NCBI GenBank assembly: GCA_012295275.1
Contig: CM022672.1
Location: forward strand, 14,012,001 to 14,076,000
Length of the DNA: 64,000 nucleotides
DNA from: Chrysomallon squamiferum
Taxonomy: Eukaryota > Animalia > Mollusca
Direction of reading: 5' to 3'
The stretch's first letter is position 1; each line of letters opens with the position of its first letter. This document shows positions 29,164-42,271 of this stretch, in pieces. The translations under genes were made by a program, and so were the position numbers. The notes beneath the pieces were generated by a model. The model was not told where the DNA came from and did not search any database. It saw only the letters and a list, made by a program, of their open reading frames with translations.

Positions 29164-31013
29164 TTCTGGACTGCAATGTTTGTCTTATATACAACAAACA
29201 TATATCAAGTACAGCTGTTCACTAATAATAACAATTTCTAGTTTACAGAAACACAGACTCATAATTAATGAATTAAAGTAGTTTAAAATAACTAACATTA
29301 AATGAACAGTGAATTATTGAATTAAAACTTAAAAGTTCACATATTTGTTATAAATGTTGCTTTAATCACAAATCTTTTAACATTTTATTTATTTTTAGAT
29401 AGTTTTAAAATCTGACATAATTTTTTAATTATATGTTTAAATTAAAATTAAAACTATTAATAAAAAGTACTTAAAACTTGTGCTTTTCCATATGAGGAAA
29501 CATTAATAAAAAGATACCTTTTCAGTTTTAACATTTATTTCCTTTTTAAATTTAAATGTAAGTGATAATTTGAGCCATTCCTACAAACATAACGATATTT
29601 ATTTTAAATGTATTTACAAGAACATGAATGCATATAATTTATTATTTTTTAATTAAAAAAAGAGGAAAACAGTCTTCTAACCTGTCTGTTCTTTGTGTAT
29701 CCTTACATTGATTTTTCATCTGGAGCTGTCAGCATGACAAGTCATTGTGTCAGAATGCAGACTGATCTAAGGGTTCCTTGCCCAGGATGAGATAGCCATT
29801 TAACTTAGGAACCTCTATTACAAGGTTTAATGTTCTTGAGGGGTCGTGCATAGGAATTTTTTTATTTTATTTATTCCTCATATATTTGCATGGTTACTAA
29901 TGTGTGTAAGTGTGTGTATATATTAATATGTGTGTCTGTGTGTATACTGGTGTCTTTCAATGTGGTATGTGTACTAATATGTATGTCAATGTATGTGTAT
30001 TAATGTGTCAGTGAGTGTGTGTTGACTAATAATTGCGCAGGGTGTGTCAGTATGTGTGTACTTATATGTAGCAGTGTGTTTACTATACTATTGTTATTAT
30101 TGTACACTTTATACAATTACCACAGAAGAAAAGGCAATATTAAAAAACAGAAAGAACACCCACACAACACCCACCCCCCACAAACCCACACACCCACACA
30201 CCCACACACACACCTCCCTCAAAACAAAATATGACGAAAGAAACAAAAACGTTTTCATTTTTATTTCTTATTTTATATATAAATATGTTTTGACGTGTTC
30301 GTTTTGGTATTAAAGATATATGTTATTTTATTTTATGTTTTTAAATTTATAAAGTTTTAAAATTATTATTTTATTTAATTTCTTTACTATAGCTAATAGT
30401 GGTTCAATCCATATATATATATAGATAGATAGATAGATAGATAGATCTCTGTAGCTATTTCTATATAGTTTGGTTTTAAATTTAACAGAATTGTTTTTGG
30501 TTTGTTTTTCTTTTTTTGTCCATTGAATTCAGTATAAGCTAATCTTTTTTTCCCCAGAATGCTAGATAAATATGAAACTTCGTTATTATAATTGTGCAGC
30601 CATTATTTCTTTTTAATGTAACTGAATTTATATTTCACCGAAACATTCTTCTATTGTCATTCAGCAATTCTTCCCTATGTTGTTTGTACATGGTCAAAGC
30701 TCTGTATTCCATTATGGCCTGCCAGGTTTCCTTCTGTCAAACTTTACTGTCAGACATTGGCACTGATCAGTAACTATCTGGCATTGGTGACAAAGAGTGG
30801 CTATGTCACAGTTGTGTACGTCAGAAAGTATGACTATGACAAACATACGTAAATGCTTTACTGTCACAGTCACACTATGTGCCATTGGTTACACACTGTA
30901 ATTGTGTCAAGTATGCTGTCTTTTATGTTAGTCATACTGGCACTGTTCACATTGTACTGGTAACAGACATTGGTTTTATTGTTATTTATTTATTTATTTA
31001 TTATTTATTATTA

Positions 31014-31072
<59 letters not shown>

Positions 31073-33358
31073 TTTTTATTATTTTTTTTTTAAAATATAT
31101 GTTGATATACTGTTTCCCATTGAAATATTTTAGTGAGTAATATTTTCTGAATGTTAATTCGTATTTTACAACATTATTTATATCCTTTTCAGAGTATTGT
31201 AACGACTATTTATACTATTGACACAAACCTGTTAATTTCATTATTTTGTTTATTTTACAATCTGTATTTATATGATTTTTTTTTTAATGTTAAAATTTAT
31301 AAAAAAAGAAGAAAATAAATAAATAATAATATTGCTATTGTTATTCATTGCTATATACATAATGTCAATTTTATCTTAAGAATTTAAAAGTTAGATATTA
31401 ATGTCAGTTATAAGGATCATTTAATAGTGTTTTTATTTTACGTTTTATCTCTAAATTGAGAATAATTTCTGAAAGCCATATCTTCTTTCTAATTTGAATT
31501 TAAAGTTCTTCAAAAATTATCTTATCGTTTTATGAATGATTGGTAATAAAACTTTGAAATAAAATATATGAAAGACATTATTTTTAAAGAAAACCATTAC
31601 TGCAAATTTGCTGAATGTTTATTTGACGAAAATGAAAAATGTCAATTTCAAAACCTGTTTTCCCATGTTCTCACGTTTTTGTTACTCATATGGCAAAATA
31701 GAATACAACTACATAATTGCCAAAGAAAATTTTATTCACGAAACAGTCTAGTGAACTTTGAAGAACGGTTGAATGAAAGAAATAATGAATGAACTTTAAA
31801 AAAAAAAAAAAAAAAATTAAACAAAAATATAAAATTTTAAAATAAATGTATAAATGACTGAATGAAATATCTAGTTTTAAAAATTAATTATACGAGGATA
31901 ACAATATAAAAAATAAATAAATAAATTACAACATTTTTTGTTCACGTTGTACACCACCTACACAAACAAGTACATTTCCAGACTGTAATCTACAGCCACA
32001 CTACAGTATTGCATAATAAATAAAACTCATTGAGAACAGTGTTTTAATTCAATACATTTTGCCAGTGCTTTAGTGTTTTGATTTTTTTTATTACTCAATA
32101 ATTTATTGCTTGTAAAGATTATATTCCGGATAATAATTCTCTGTAGATAATTGCTTAATAATGATAACTGTATTTAGTTTTATCCAGTGAATTTACTCAA
32201 TTTATCAAACCTTGGCATTAACACGATTACATCTTCTTCTGTCATACTAGAATGGGGCAGCAGATGTATTTCTTCAAATGTTTACACTTTGTCATTTATC
32301 ATGAAGAAAATGTTGCCTGAACTGATCTGTGAAAAAGATCCCTGGGAGGGCGCAAGTTTCCATATTTCAGTTAACCATAGATTTCACACATTAACCTTAA
32401 AATGACAGAAGATAAAATTTAGTCTGGTCCTTTTCCATCTATTAATTTGAATGAATCAATACCATATAATATTATTTGTCTTTTTACTTGAATGAATGGT
32501 TTCCATGCTATGGTTTTCTAAAAATGCGGACATCTTTTTCTATGCTTCAGTTTAATTGAACATTATCTTTTGAATAATTTCAGGTAGTTGCAAGATAATG
32601 GATCCATTGGTAAATGCTTGCTGTATAATTTCAAATGTCTGTGAAAGTTTAGTTAAGTCATCCAATCCACTTCATGATTCTGATCATGCATTAAAATGCT
32701 TTTATCATAACACCAGTTAACCAAACACTTCTTCCTGTGTACACAGAACTTAATTTTATGTCAGCGGACAAAATGCAACGTCCATTATGGAATACTTTTT
32801 GTTAATCTTTAATTTCAGTTTAAATTATAATTTGTATTATCCTGTAGCCATTACACCTTGATTCTGAGGGCAAATATTTATACGTACATTATTATTATTA
32901 TTATTATCATCATCATCATCATCATTGTCATTATTATTATTATTAATATATCATTATTATTTTTTTAAATATTTTTTATTTTATTTATTAATATGTTTTT
33001 AACTGTGATCACGTGGTTTCTATTTTAACCCTAATTCGCTTTTTGAAAGAATCAAGCGGACTTACGTAATGATTTTCTCACTTCTTGTTTCATCTAGAAA
33101 TGATGTTTTTTAATTATTCTTAAATGGTATTCAAACGTAGTATTCGTAATGGCAGCAGCGACAACAACAGGATTAGTATCAGAAACTCAAAAATAAACAA
33201 ACTGCATGTTTAAAAATGCTTTTACTATCTTTTTTGTTTTTTATTTTTATTGCGGGTTTTGTTGTATTTTAAGTATATTAATTGTTTCAAATAAATCGCT
33301 CAAGCTTTGGTTATAAAAGAATAGAATGGATTTGCTGAATGAATTATTTAATAATATT

Positions 33359-33435
<77 letters not shown>

Positions 33436-33826
33436 ATTAGCCACACAATGAAAACATATTTAAATTTACATTAGTTATGATGGAGATGATACTAATTTGA
33501 TTAAGTATAATAAAACAAAATACTGAACAGATTTTATTTAAACGTGAGATTAACTGAAAGCTTATAACAGTAACTCTACGCACGTGTGTATAGAATACAT
33601 GTTTATACTTAGTGCAGAAAATTGCCACGAAATCTCTGAATTCGCCTGCAAAAGAAAAATAAAAAAAAAAAACAGACAGAAAGAAAATATACGATTATAC
33701 TAATTATCATTATTATTACTGTTTAGATACAGGTAGAAATCAGAAAGGTTTATGGAGACATCAAAACATACTTTTATAAACACTTCCAGAATCCATATAT
33801 ACAGATACATATGTATGAACACACAG

Positions 33827-33903
<77 letters not shown>

Positions 33904-33955
33904 CACACATAATGGTGTATTTATAATACTTACGAGATTCATTGTGGATTAATAA

Positions 33956-34001
33956 TTATGGCTTGTCGCAGACTTCAAATTTCCATCGTCTGTCTCTATC
34001 A

Positions 34002-34048
<47 letters not shown>

Positions 34049-34520
34049 TAGTAGTGGTAATAGTAATAGTAATAGTAGCAGTAGCAACAGTAGTAATAAC
34101 AGTAATATTAAACACAGTAACGGTAGTAGTAATAATAGTACTGGTAGATGTATAATTTGTTTGATGGTTGCTTTTATTTATTTATTTATTTATTTTCTTA
34201 CTTATTTACTTACCTCTTTTATTTATTTATTTATTCTCTTACTTACTTACTTTGTTTACATACCTCTTTCATTTATTTATTTAGTTGTTTGTTTGTTTGT
34301 TTAAAATAATATTGTACTTACTCATAATCGTTATTGTGGAAACTGAAAGCACCTTTCAGAACCTTGTTACTAGGAACGTAATATTTAAGGTAACCGTCAA
34401 AAGTGTTCTGGTATCCGCCAGTAAACCTACAGTTCCTCAGTGTTTTACCTGAAATAAACCAGATATAACGACAACAACAACAACAACAACAACAAAAATA
34501 ATAATAATTATTATAATAGG

Positions 34521-34553
<33 letters not shown>

Positions 34554-34678
34554 ACTCAGCAGCAGCCGCAGGAACAGCAGCACCGTCACCACCGGCATAA
34601 CATTTACCATCGTTAAAGTATATCACAGTTGTAATGGCAATATTAGCATTATTAATAGCTGTGGTAGTAGTAGTAGTG

Positions 34679-34741
<63 letters not shown>

Positions 34742-35101
34742 AGTAATAAAAATGTATAGTAATTGAAATAATAGTGACAGTCGTAGTCGTAGTAGTAGTA
34801 GTTGTAGTATTAGTAGAAGCAGTAGTAGTAGTAGTAGTAGTAGTAATAGTTGTGGTAATAGTGAGTAACAGAAGTGTATACTAATTGTAATAATAGTGAC
34901 ATTAGTAGCAGTAGTAGTGGTAGTAGCACCAGAAGTATTGGTAGTAGTGAATAATAGAAGTGTATAGTAATAGTAATAATAGTGACACTAGTAGTAGTAG
35001 TATTAGTAGTAGTAATAGTGAACCTGATAATAATATAATAGTGGTAGTAATAGTATTAGAATAAAATGTCGGTAATGGTGGTAGTAGTATTAAGACATTT
35101 C

Positions 35102-35158
<57 letters not shown>

Positions 35159-35457
35159 AATAATAATAATAATAATAATGATGATGATGATATTTTTTCT
35201 ATTTCAGATAAATTTCAGTGTATAACCTGGTATGAAACAGCAACGGAACTTGAAACGTCTGTCTTCGTATTTATTTTTGTGGTAGCTGCTGATGCCAGTA
35301 ATGACGCCATTGTTTGGACACTGATATAGCAATGGATCATCAAACGAGTTCACATATCCTAAGAAGGGGACAAAAATGAAATAAATAAAATCTGTTGCAT
35401 CAAAAATATTTTACAAAAACATCTAATTCATGTCACTTTAAAAAATAAATAACAGTA

Positions 35458-35502
<45 letters not shown>

Positions 35503-36448
35503 CGAAGCATATTTTGTAAATTGCTCATCTTGGAGATTAGAAATTACTATTTGTTATCTTTTTTATAATCTTTAGGATTAAAACAAAATCCTTTTTTTAG
35601 ATTTAATCTTCAGATCCCACCCACAAAAATTCGTTATTATTTTTAGATGCTTGCATTGTTTTAATACACAATTCATTTTGAGGACTGTAAGGACATATCC
35701 AGGATTTACTCTGCATCTGACAACGAGCATTTATCATGTACCTGTCAAAGAGGATTTATCTTGCACCTTGCAAATAGGACTAACCTAGCACCTAGCAAAA
35801 ATGACTTACTCTGCGCCTGTCAAAGAGGACTTACCCTGCACCTTTCAAGGTAGACTTCCCCTGCAAATGTCAAACTGAACTTACCTTGCACCCGTCAAAG
35901 AGGACTTCCCCTGCACCTTTCAAGGTAGACTTCCCCTGCAAATGTCAAACTGAACTTACCTTGCACCCGTCAAAGAGGACTTACCCTGCACCTGTCTAAG
36001 TGGACTTACCCTGCACCTGTCAAAGAGGACGAATCCTGCATCTGATAAAGATGACATCTGAGCTACTATTATGGACTTACAAAGCTAAAGAGATCTCACT
36101 ACGACTTGAAAAATCGCCTACAAAGCTAAAGAGATCTAACTACGAAAAAGCTAAAGAGATCTCACTACGACTTGAAAAATCGCCTATTTTTTCAAATACC
36201 CGACCAGGAGCAACCCGAATTCGCTCCAGTGTTGACACAGTCAAACGACCACAGTCTGTCCTCTTTATGGTTATCGTGGTAACTGGTAATTTTTCTGATG
36301 CTCGATCCGGCACTGCAGATGTATGTAAATGGTTGATCCCACCAGTTTTCCCACGAGTGTACCGCACAGACGGTGCATAAAAGCACAGCTAAGTAGACTG
36401 GGAACTTGGGAAGAAAATAATAATGATTGTCATGAACTATTCGGTTAT

Positions 36449-36486
<38 letters not shown>

Positions 36487-36649
36487 AGTGTGTATGTGTG
36501 TGTATGTGTGTTTCGGCATGTGTGTGTTTTTGTGAATATGTGTCTATGTATGTATGTGTATATTTATATATGTATATGTACAAATATACACTTGTATGTG
36601 TGTAAGAATGTAAATATCCATGAATATGTGTACACGTATGTGTGACTTT

Positions 36650-36748
<99 letters not shown>

Positions 36749-36998
36749 AAATTGACTATTAATAACTGAGGTTATATATATTTTGAAATATTTATAAATG
36801 TGAATGAGAAGAAGGAAAAAAGAAGTTAAAAAGTCTCTACCACATTTAACATTAAACAATGATAGAAAAATGTAGACGAATCATTATGGAATACTTTTAT
36901 TTCTAATTACTTTAAACAAATCAAAACAAAACAAAGAAAAATTTAATAAAATAAATAAAATAAAATAAAAATAGAATAAAACTTATATTTACCTTCAT
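33956..36998 (-). CDS. DPT: Dermatopontin/HAAF-like secreted protein DPT3, 5 coding exons, 169 aa (canonical copy)
   Basis: Exons 36993-36998, 36200-36404, 35227-35358, 34322-34448 and 33956-33995; 510 nt open. Carries three canonical S-x-H-x-N-x-x-E-D-R-x-W/F motifs: SYHDNHKEDRLW, SYHKNKYEDRRF and SFHNNDYEDRRW. Confidence 0.93.
35690..36050. repeat. 25-bp minisatellite in DPT3 intron 2 (consensus GAGGACTTACCCTGCACCTGTCAAA, about 14 units)
   Basis: Visible 25-nt periodicity. Shorter degenerate arrays sit at the same intron position in DPT1 (about 16160-16295), DPT2 (about 25890-26025) and psiDPT4 (about 49230-49360). Confidence 0.85.
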
Positions 36999-37052
36999 TT
37001 CACCGTCACGGTAAGAGCCTCACCTTGTGACCAGTCTTGTCGATGGAACCAC

Positions 37053-37060
37053 TTTTTATA
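37053..37060 (-). promoter_or_regulatory. TATA box of DPT3
   Basis: TATAAAAA on the sense strand, 55-62 nt upstream of the ATG at 36998. Confidence 0.55.
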
Positions 37061-37810
37061 CATTTCGTTTTTGGGCGTTATCGTTATGTTTTAAAAAATG
37101 TATTTTTAAAAAAAAAAATTTATATATATATATGTATATCGCATCCTGTTCATTGAAGGTCGTTAAAAAAAAATGTATTTTTTAAATTTTTTTTTTTATA
37201 TATATATGTATATCGCATCCTGTTCATTGAAGGTCGTTAAAAAAAAAATAATAATAAAAATAATAAAGCCTTTATTATGCAGGATCTTTTCAATATAGCA
37301 ACAAAAAAAAAAAAAAAAAAAAAAAAAATGGTGCGTTTCTTTATCTTAAGCTGAAAGGTTCCAATCTAACTAATTTTGTTTAACACTGTTGATGTTTTTG
37401 TTGTTGTTGTTTTGGTGGGGGTTTTTTTTGTTATTTGTTTGTTGTTTTTAAAATTATTTTTTGGTAATATTACTGTTTTATTAAGTTTCTTTAATATTAC
37501 TGTTTTATTAAGTTTCTTTAATATTACTGTTTTATTAATTTTGTTTAATACAGTGGTTTTATATTTAGTTTATTTTATAAATGATTGATAGATCATTATT
37601 ATTTCTTGAATTTACTTCATAAATTTGAGAAAAGATGTGATTAGGTGAGTACAGAATGATCTAAATTACGGGTTAAATGAACAACTATTCGCAATAGTTA
37701 AAACAAGCTCAGAAAGATTATTCTGATTCTGGATAAACTAATTTTAATGACTAAAATGTAAATAATGTAACAAATATGTAAATTAAGTAACTAACCCTGC
37801 TCTGTTTTTA

Positions 37811-37894
<84 letters not shown>

Positions 37895-38041
37895 ATATTG
37901 ATTTTTTTATAAGTAGTAAAATATTAATACAAAATTACCACAGACATCATCTTATTATTGTTTTTATGTATTAAATAAATAAAAGTTGATTGTGGACAAA
38001 CAGAACATCTTTTTCTTTATTTCGATTTTTTCAATTTCTTT

Positions 38042-38072
<31 letters not shown>

Positions 38073-39204
38073 AATATACAAAGTGTACTGGTTGCATGCG
38101 TGTGCGTACATGTTTAACATTATTTATCAGTGACAGACGTCAGACAAAGACTATTTACTTCTGAACCAGACCCCGAGGCAAATTTGATGTCAGGTAGTGC
38201 TATCGTAATGTTAGGCTATTAAAAATTGTAATTTCCTATTTATTGTTGTTTTATCTATTCATGCAGCTGTAATTAATTGTCCCTTATATTCGAATAAACA
38301 GGTCTGTGCTTCTGATTGGCAGAAATACGCACCAAAAACCTTATGACGAAAGCGATAGCATTATTACGGAAGTCAACATTTTTTAAATTACTTTGTATTA
38401 TTTATTTATTTATTTATTTATTTATTGTTGTTGTTGTTCTCAGTCGGAAACGAAGAGTTTTCTGGGACGCAACAAATTATTTACACTTTAAAATAACATG
38501 TCTGTTTCAGGGTCCACTTCTTGATGTGTTGAGGTAGCTTGCAGAACTCGGTGACCCAGAGAGCAACACAAGCAGGAACTGTAAGCTCGTTGTAGGGTTT
38601 CTCAAACTGGTTTTATCAAAGTGAAGAGTCGAAGAAGGATGGAAATGGAAATGGAAAAAAATTAACGTGCTAATCAGAGCAAGCTGTTGTGAAGCACGTC
38701 TGCGACGGGCACGCTTTCTGACAGGTCAGCGGGCGTGTCCGTCGCAGAAAAAGTTTTGGGTAGGGAAAAGAATGGATTTTCGCCACGATTGCAGGACACA
38801 AGGAAGTGTCCAGCATATCGGATCGTAACGAGTCGGTACGGATGTATCGCAGCCGCAATTCGCCCCCCGTTATATCCGGCACAATCTCTCAGCCATCACC
38901 GGGTCTGTGTTGTTTGCCGTCCTGGTTGTTCTGCTCTTGGCTGCTGTCGTTGTTTCTTTTTGGCTTCTGATGTTGTTTCTTTTTTTTGCTGCTGTTGTTG
39001 TTCCTTTTTTGACTGCTTCCTTATGGTCCACGTGGTCCAAACCTGTTTTTTTTTTTTTTTTTTTTTTTTGCCAATGGTCTTTTTATTGTTTTTAAAAGAT
39101 ATTATTAAAAAAAAAACCTGCAACTAAAAAACAAATAAGAACATAAATGTAGTTAACATATTTACATTTTATTTTAATTTAAAAGATGTGTAGCTAGGAC
39201 TAAG

Positions 39205-39240
<36 letters not shown>

Positions 39241-40789
39241 AATAAGACACCATAACCGGGTTAGTAATGTCTGAAAGTGGGTTCGTATAGTATGTTTATC
39301 ATTTTTTAATTATTAATTTAATTGGCCATTTAAATTGATTCGTCAATCAGCCGATCCATCCGTAGATCGATCAGCTGTTCAACCAATCAATCCGCAGGTC
39401 AATACATTTATATAATTCTTGTTTGTTTTCGTGTGAAAAAAAAAAACAAAACAAAAAAAAGGTTTATAGTTTGTGTTTTGTTTTGAGAATGTAATTTGTT
39501 ACTGCAGCGAGGACTAACTCTCTGTTTTTCACGTTTGGTGCCAGGATGTGTTGGAGCGTGAACTCGATTTGAAAAGAAGAAGGATCAATGGCCCACAGTA
39601 CTTATAGACAGGCATCTAACATATTCATAGTTCGAAACCAATTATCGGCCAATTGTCTTATTATAAAAATATGTTTGTTCTATATAAATTATAGAGTAGT
39701 GATAAGCTAGATTAATCTTGTTAATCTGTTTTATGTAATTTCCATTGAAAAAGCTCAGCAGTCTTCGACATTGTACAAACAACGTATCAATTGAAAAATA
39801 GATTATAATTTACCTTTTATTTATTTATTTATTTATTACTTATCAACGTTGTTACATACATATACTTACATTCAAACATATAAATATATGTATATATGTA
39901 TATATATTTATACAGATATATTAACAGAGAAAAAAGAATGAACAAAAGAGGATAGAGTGAGAGAAAGAGAGTCATTTGAAAACCTGTTGTAGCAGCACAT
40001 CTACAGGAGTAGTAACAGAAGTAGCAGCAGGAACACCTGCAATAGTTTTCCTTTTATCTTTTATAACCAGAAGGATGACTCTTAAATTATGTTAATTTAA
40101 AATAACATACAATTTCGTTTTAATAAAATTAAAGAAATTAAAAATATTTGTAAAACAATAAAAATACCTAAAAACAGAAAAAGGAGTAAGCCTTTACATA
40201 CATATATAAAATTAAAAGACAAAAGTATTTTAGTACATATTAATAGTACAATAATAAAAAAATATTTTTTAAAAATAACCCACAGAGTTTGATTCAGGAT
40301 TAAGCATACAGGCGATTTTATTGTTTATGATATAACTACAACGAAAAATGAGTTTCATTATGATGAAGATAAAACCATTGATCACAAAGAGAAAACTAAG
40401 TTTACACGCCCCAGATTTTTGTACACGCTGTACTAGACTAGATAGCAAAGAATACATATCATGCGAACCTTTGATAAACTAATCAGTCAAAAAGGAATTA
40501 TAATGTAACTTTAAAATTTCTATTCACTCAGTTCTAACATTCGAACAGTGCGCTTTCTGTACAAACCCTCCAACAGCTTTTCTTATATATACTTGTGTAT
40601 ATATATCTAAGTGTATCTGTGTTAGTCTGACTTCATGTATCATACACACGTATATGTGTGCTTGTATATACATACATACATACATATATATATGTATATA
40701 TATATAAACACATATATTCATAGGTAAGTACATACATGCACAGTTTGTTTAACATTATTTTCAGTATATAATATTTTCAAACCATAGAT

Positions 40790-42271
40790 TTATTCTCTCA
40801 GAACGGCTCTAACTTTGAACGGTCTTGGGGCGTGGGTGATCCCAAAGACAGGATCGATGGTCGTCAGTGGACACCCTTCAGGTTTGAGGAACTCAAATTT
40901 CTGAATCATCGCGGCAGTGAACAAGAACAGCTCCATTCTGGCCAGAGATTCTCCTAAACAGTTTCTTGGACCGAACAGGAACGGGATGAATTCTTCTCGT
41001 TGAACGACTCGTCCGTTGTCATCGAGAAAACGTTCAGGTCTGAAATTTTCCGGATCGCCCCAAATTTCCGGATCGGAGAGGACCGAATCGATGACTGGAA
41101 AAACGACGGCATTTTTAGGGATTCGATAGCCATTCCATACTATTTCTTCTGTAACAGCGCGGAATGCACTTAAAGGCGCGATGTCCGCATGACGCAAAGT
41201 TTCCAAAATTGTCGCATCGAGATAGGGAAGTTCTGACTTGTCTTTGAGAGTTATCGTTCGATCGTATCCAACCTTCTCCTGAATTTCGCTGAAACATTTC
41301 TCCTGGATTTCAGGATAATGTTCAAAATACAACAAAAGCCATCGAATTGTCGTTGCCGTCGATTCTGTCCCTGCAATTAAAAGATTCCAGATCGAGGCTC
41401 GAAGATTTTCCATGTCGATGCTACTTTTTGTTTCTCCGAGTTTCTCTTTCGCTTTCATTTCTTTGATGTAGGAACTGATGAAGTCATTAATGTTGTTCTC
41501 GTCATATTCGGCCAGATGTTCTTCTAGCGAAGTATCCACTAGCTCCTTTATTATCAAATCAATACTGTTTTTTAGGCGACCTAATCCGAAAAGATCGCCA
41601 GGTATCAAACGGAGGAACGGGAAAAATGTAGGAACCATAGATTGTGAAGCAATTTTTTCAGTAACATTCATCAGTCTCTGTAATCCTGGATCTTTAAACT
41701 CGAATCGTTTGCCAAATGCAATAGAAGAAATAACATTAGATACAGAAGTGCCAATAAGACTGTGAAAATTTGTGGCTTCACCCTTTGTTTTTTTAATTTC
41801 CTCAACGAAAGCACAGATTTCTTCTAGAATTTTACCTTCCAGAATATTCTTTCCCATTCCCAAATTTTTCAGCGTAACCAGTGCCAGTTTTCTCTGTTCT
41901 CTCCAGACGTCACCACTGGATCCTATAATTCCTTTATGTTTTGAAACGAAATCCAAAAACAATATATCTGGCCTCTTTGTAAAAGATTCGCCATTTTTCA
42001 CAAAGGCATCTTTTAAATTGTCATATCCGTTGATAGCGATGACGAGATGATGAGAAAAATAAACACTGAACACGTCGCCGTATTTACTTCTCAGTTTTCT
42101 AAACGACTTCACCGGGTTGGTACCCACTTGAAAAAGATTTCCAATGATAGGGAAGGTCAGCCAGGGTCCAGGGGGAATCCCTTTTGGTCGCTGCAGAAAA
42201 AACCAGATTCCTAATATCCCCATCAGAAGAACTAGAGCGGTCAAGTTGTTCATTACGATTTCTTGCAGCAT
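40790..42271 (-). CDS. Cytochrome P450, clan 2 (CYP2-like), intronless, 493 aa (CYP-b)
   Basis: Same motifs as CYP-a (AGTEST, ETLR, PERF, FLFGPRNCLG). Twenty amino-acid differences from CYP-a by hand count (about 96% identity). Confidence 0.97.
   Translation of the reverse strand: MLQEIVMNNLTALVLLMGILGIWFFLQRPKGIPPGPWLTFPIIGNLFQVGTNPVKSFRKLRSKYGDVFSVYFSHHLVIAINGYDNLKDAFVKNGESFTKRPDILFLDFVSKHKGIIGSSGDVWREQRKLALVTLKNLGMGKNILEGKILEEICAFVEEIKKTKGEATNFHSLIGTSVSNVISSIAFGKRFEFKDPGLQRLMNVTEKIASQSMVPTFFPFLRLIPGDLFGLGRLKNSIDLIIKELVDTSLEEHLAEYDENNINDFISSYIKEMKAKEKLGETKSSIDMENLRASIWNLLIAGTESTATTIRWLLLYFEHYPEIQEKCFSEIQEKVGYDRTITLKDKSELPYLDATILETLRHADIAPLSAFRAVTEEIVWNGYRIPKNAVVFPVIDSVLSDPEIWGDPENFRPERFLDDNGRVVQREEFIPFLFGPRNCLGESLARMELFLFTAAMIQKFEFLKPEGCPLTTIDPVFGITHAPRPFKVRAVLRE

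Noticed and set aside
35690-36050. 25-bp, 32-bp (45294-45421) and 65-bp (49899-50120) arrays as CRISPR-like
   Set aside because: They are head-to-tail repeats with no unique spacers, there are no cas genes, and the context is eukaryotic.
37095-37545. Small local tandem duplications (about 75 bp x2 and 27 bp x3; also 21965-22155 and 36079-36186)
   Set aside because: Ordinary slippage products with no evident function.
38670-39127. CpG-rich block with several 60-130 aa ORFs as a separate gene
   Set aside because: No recognisable motif or consistent exon structure. Kept only as the partial match to the 65-bp promoter unit.
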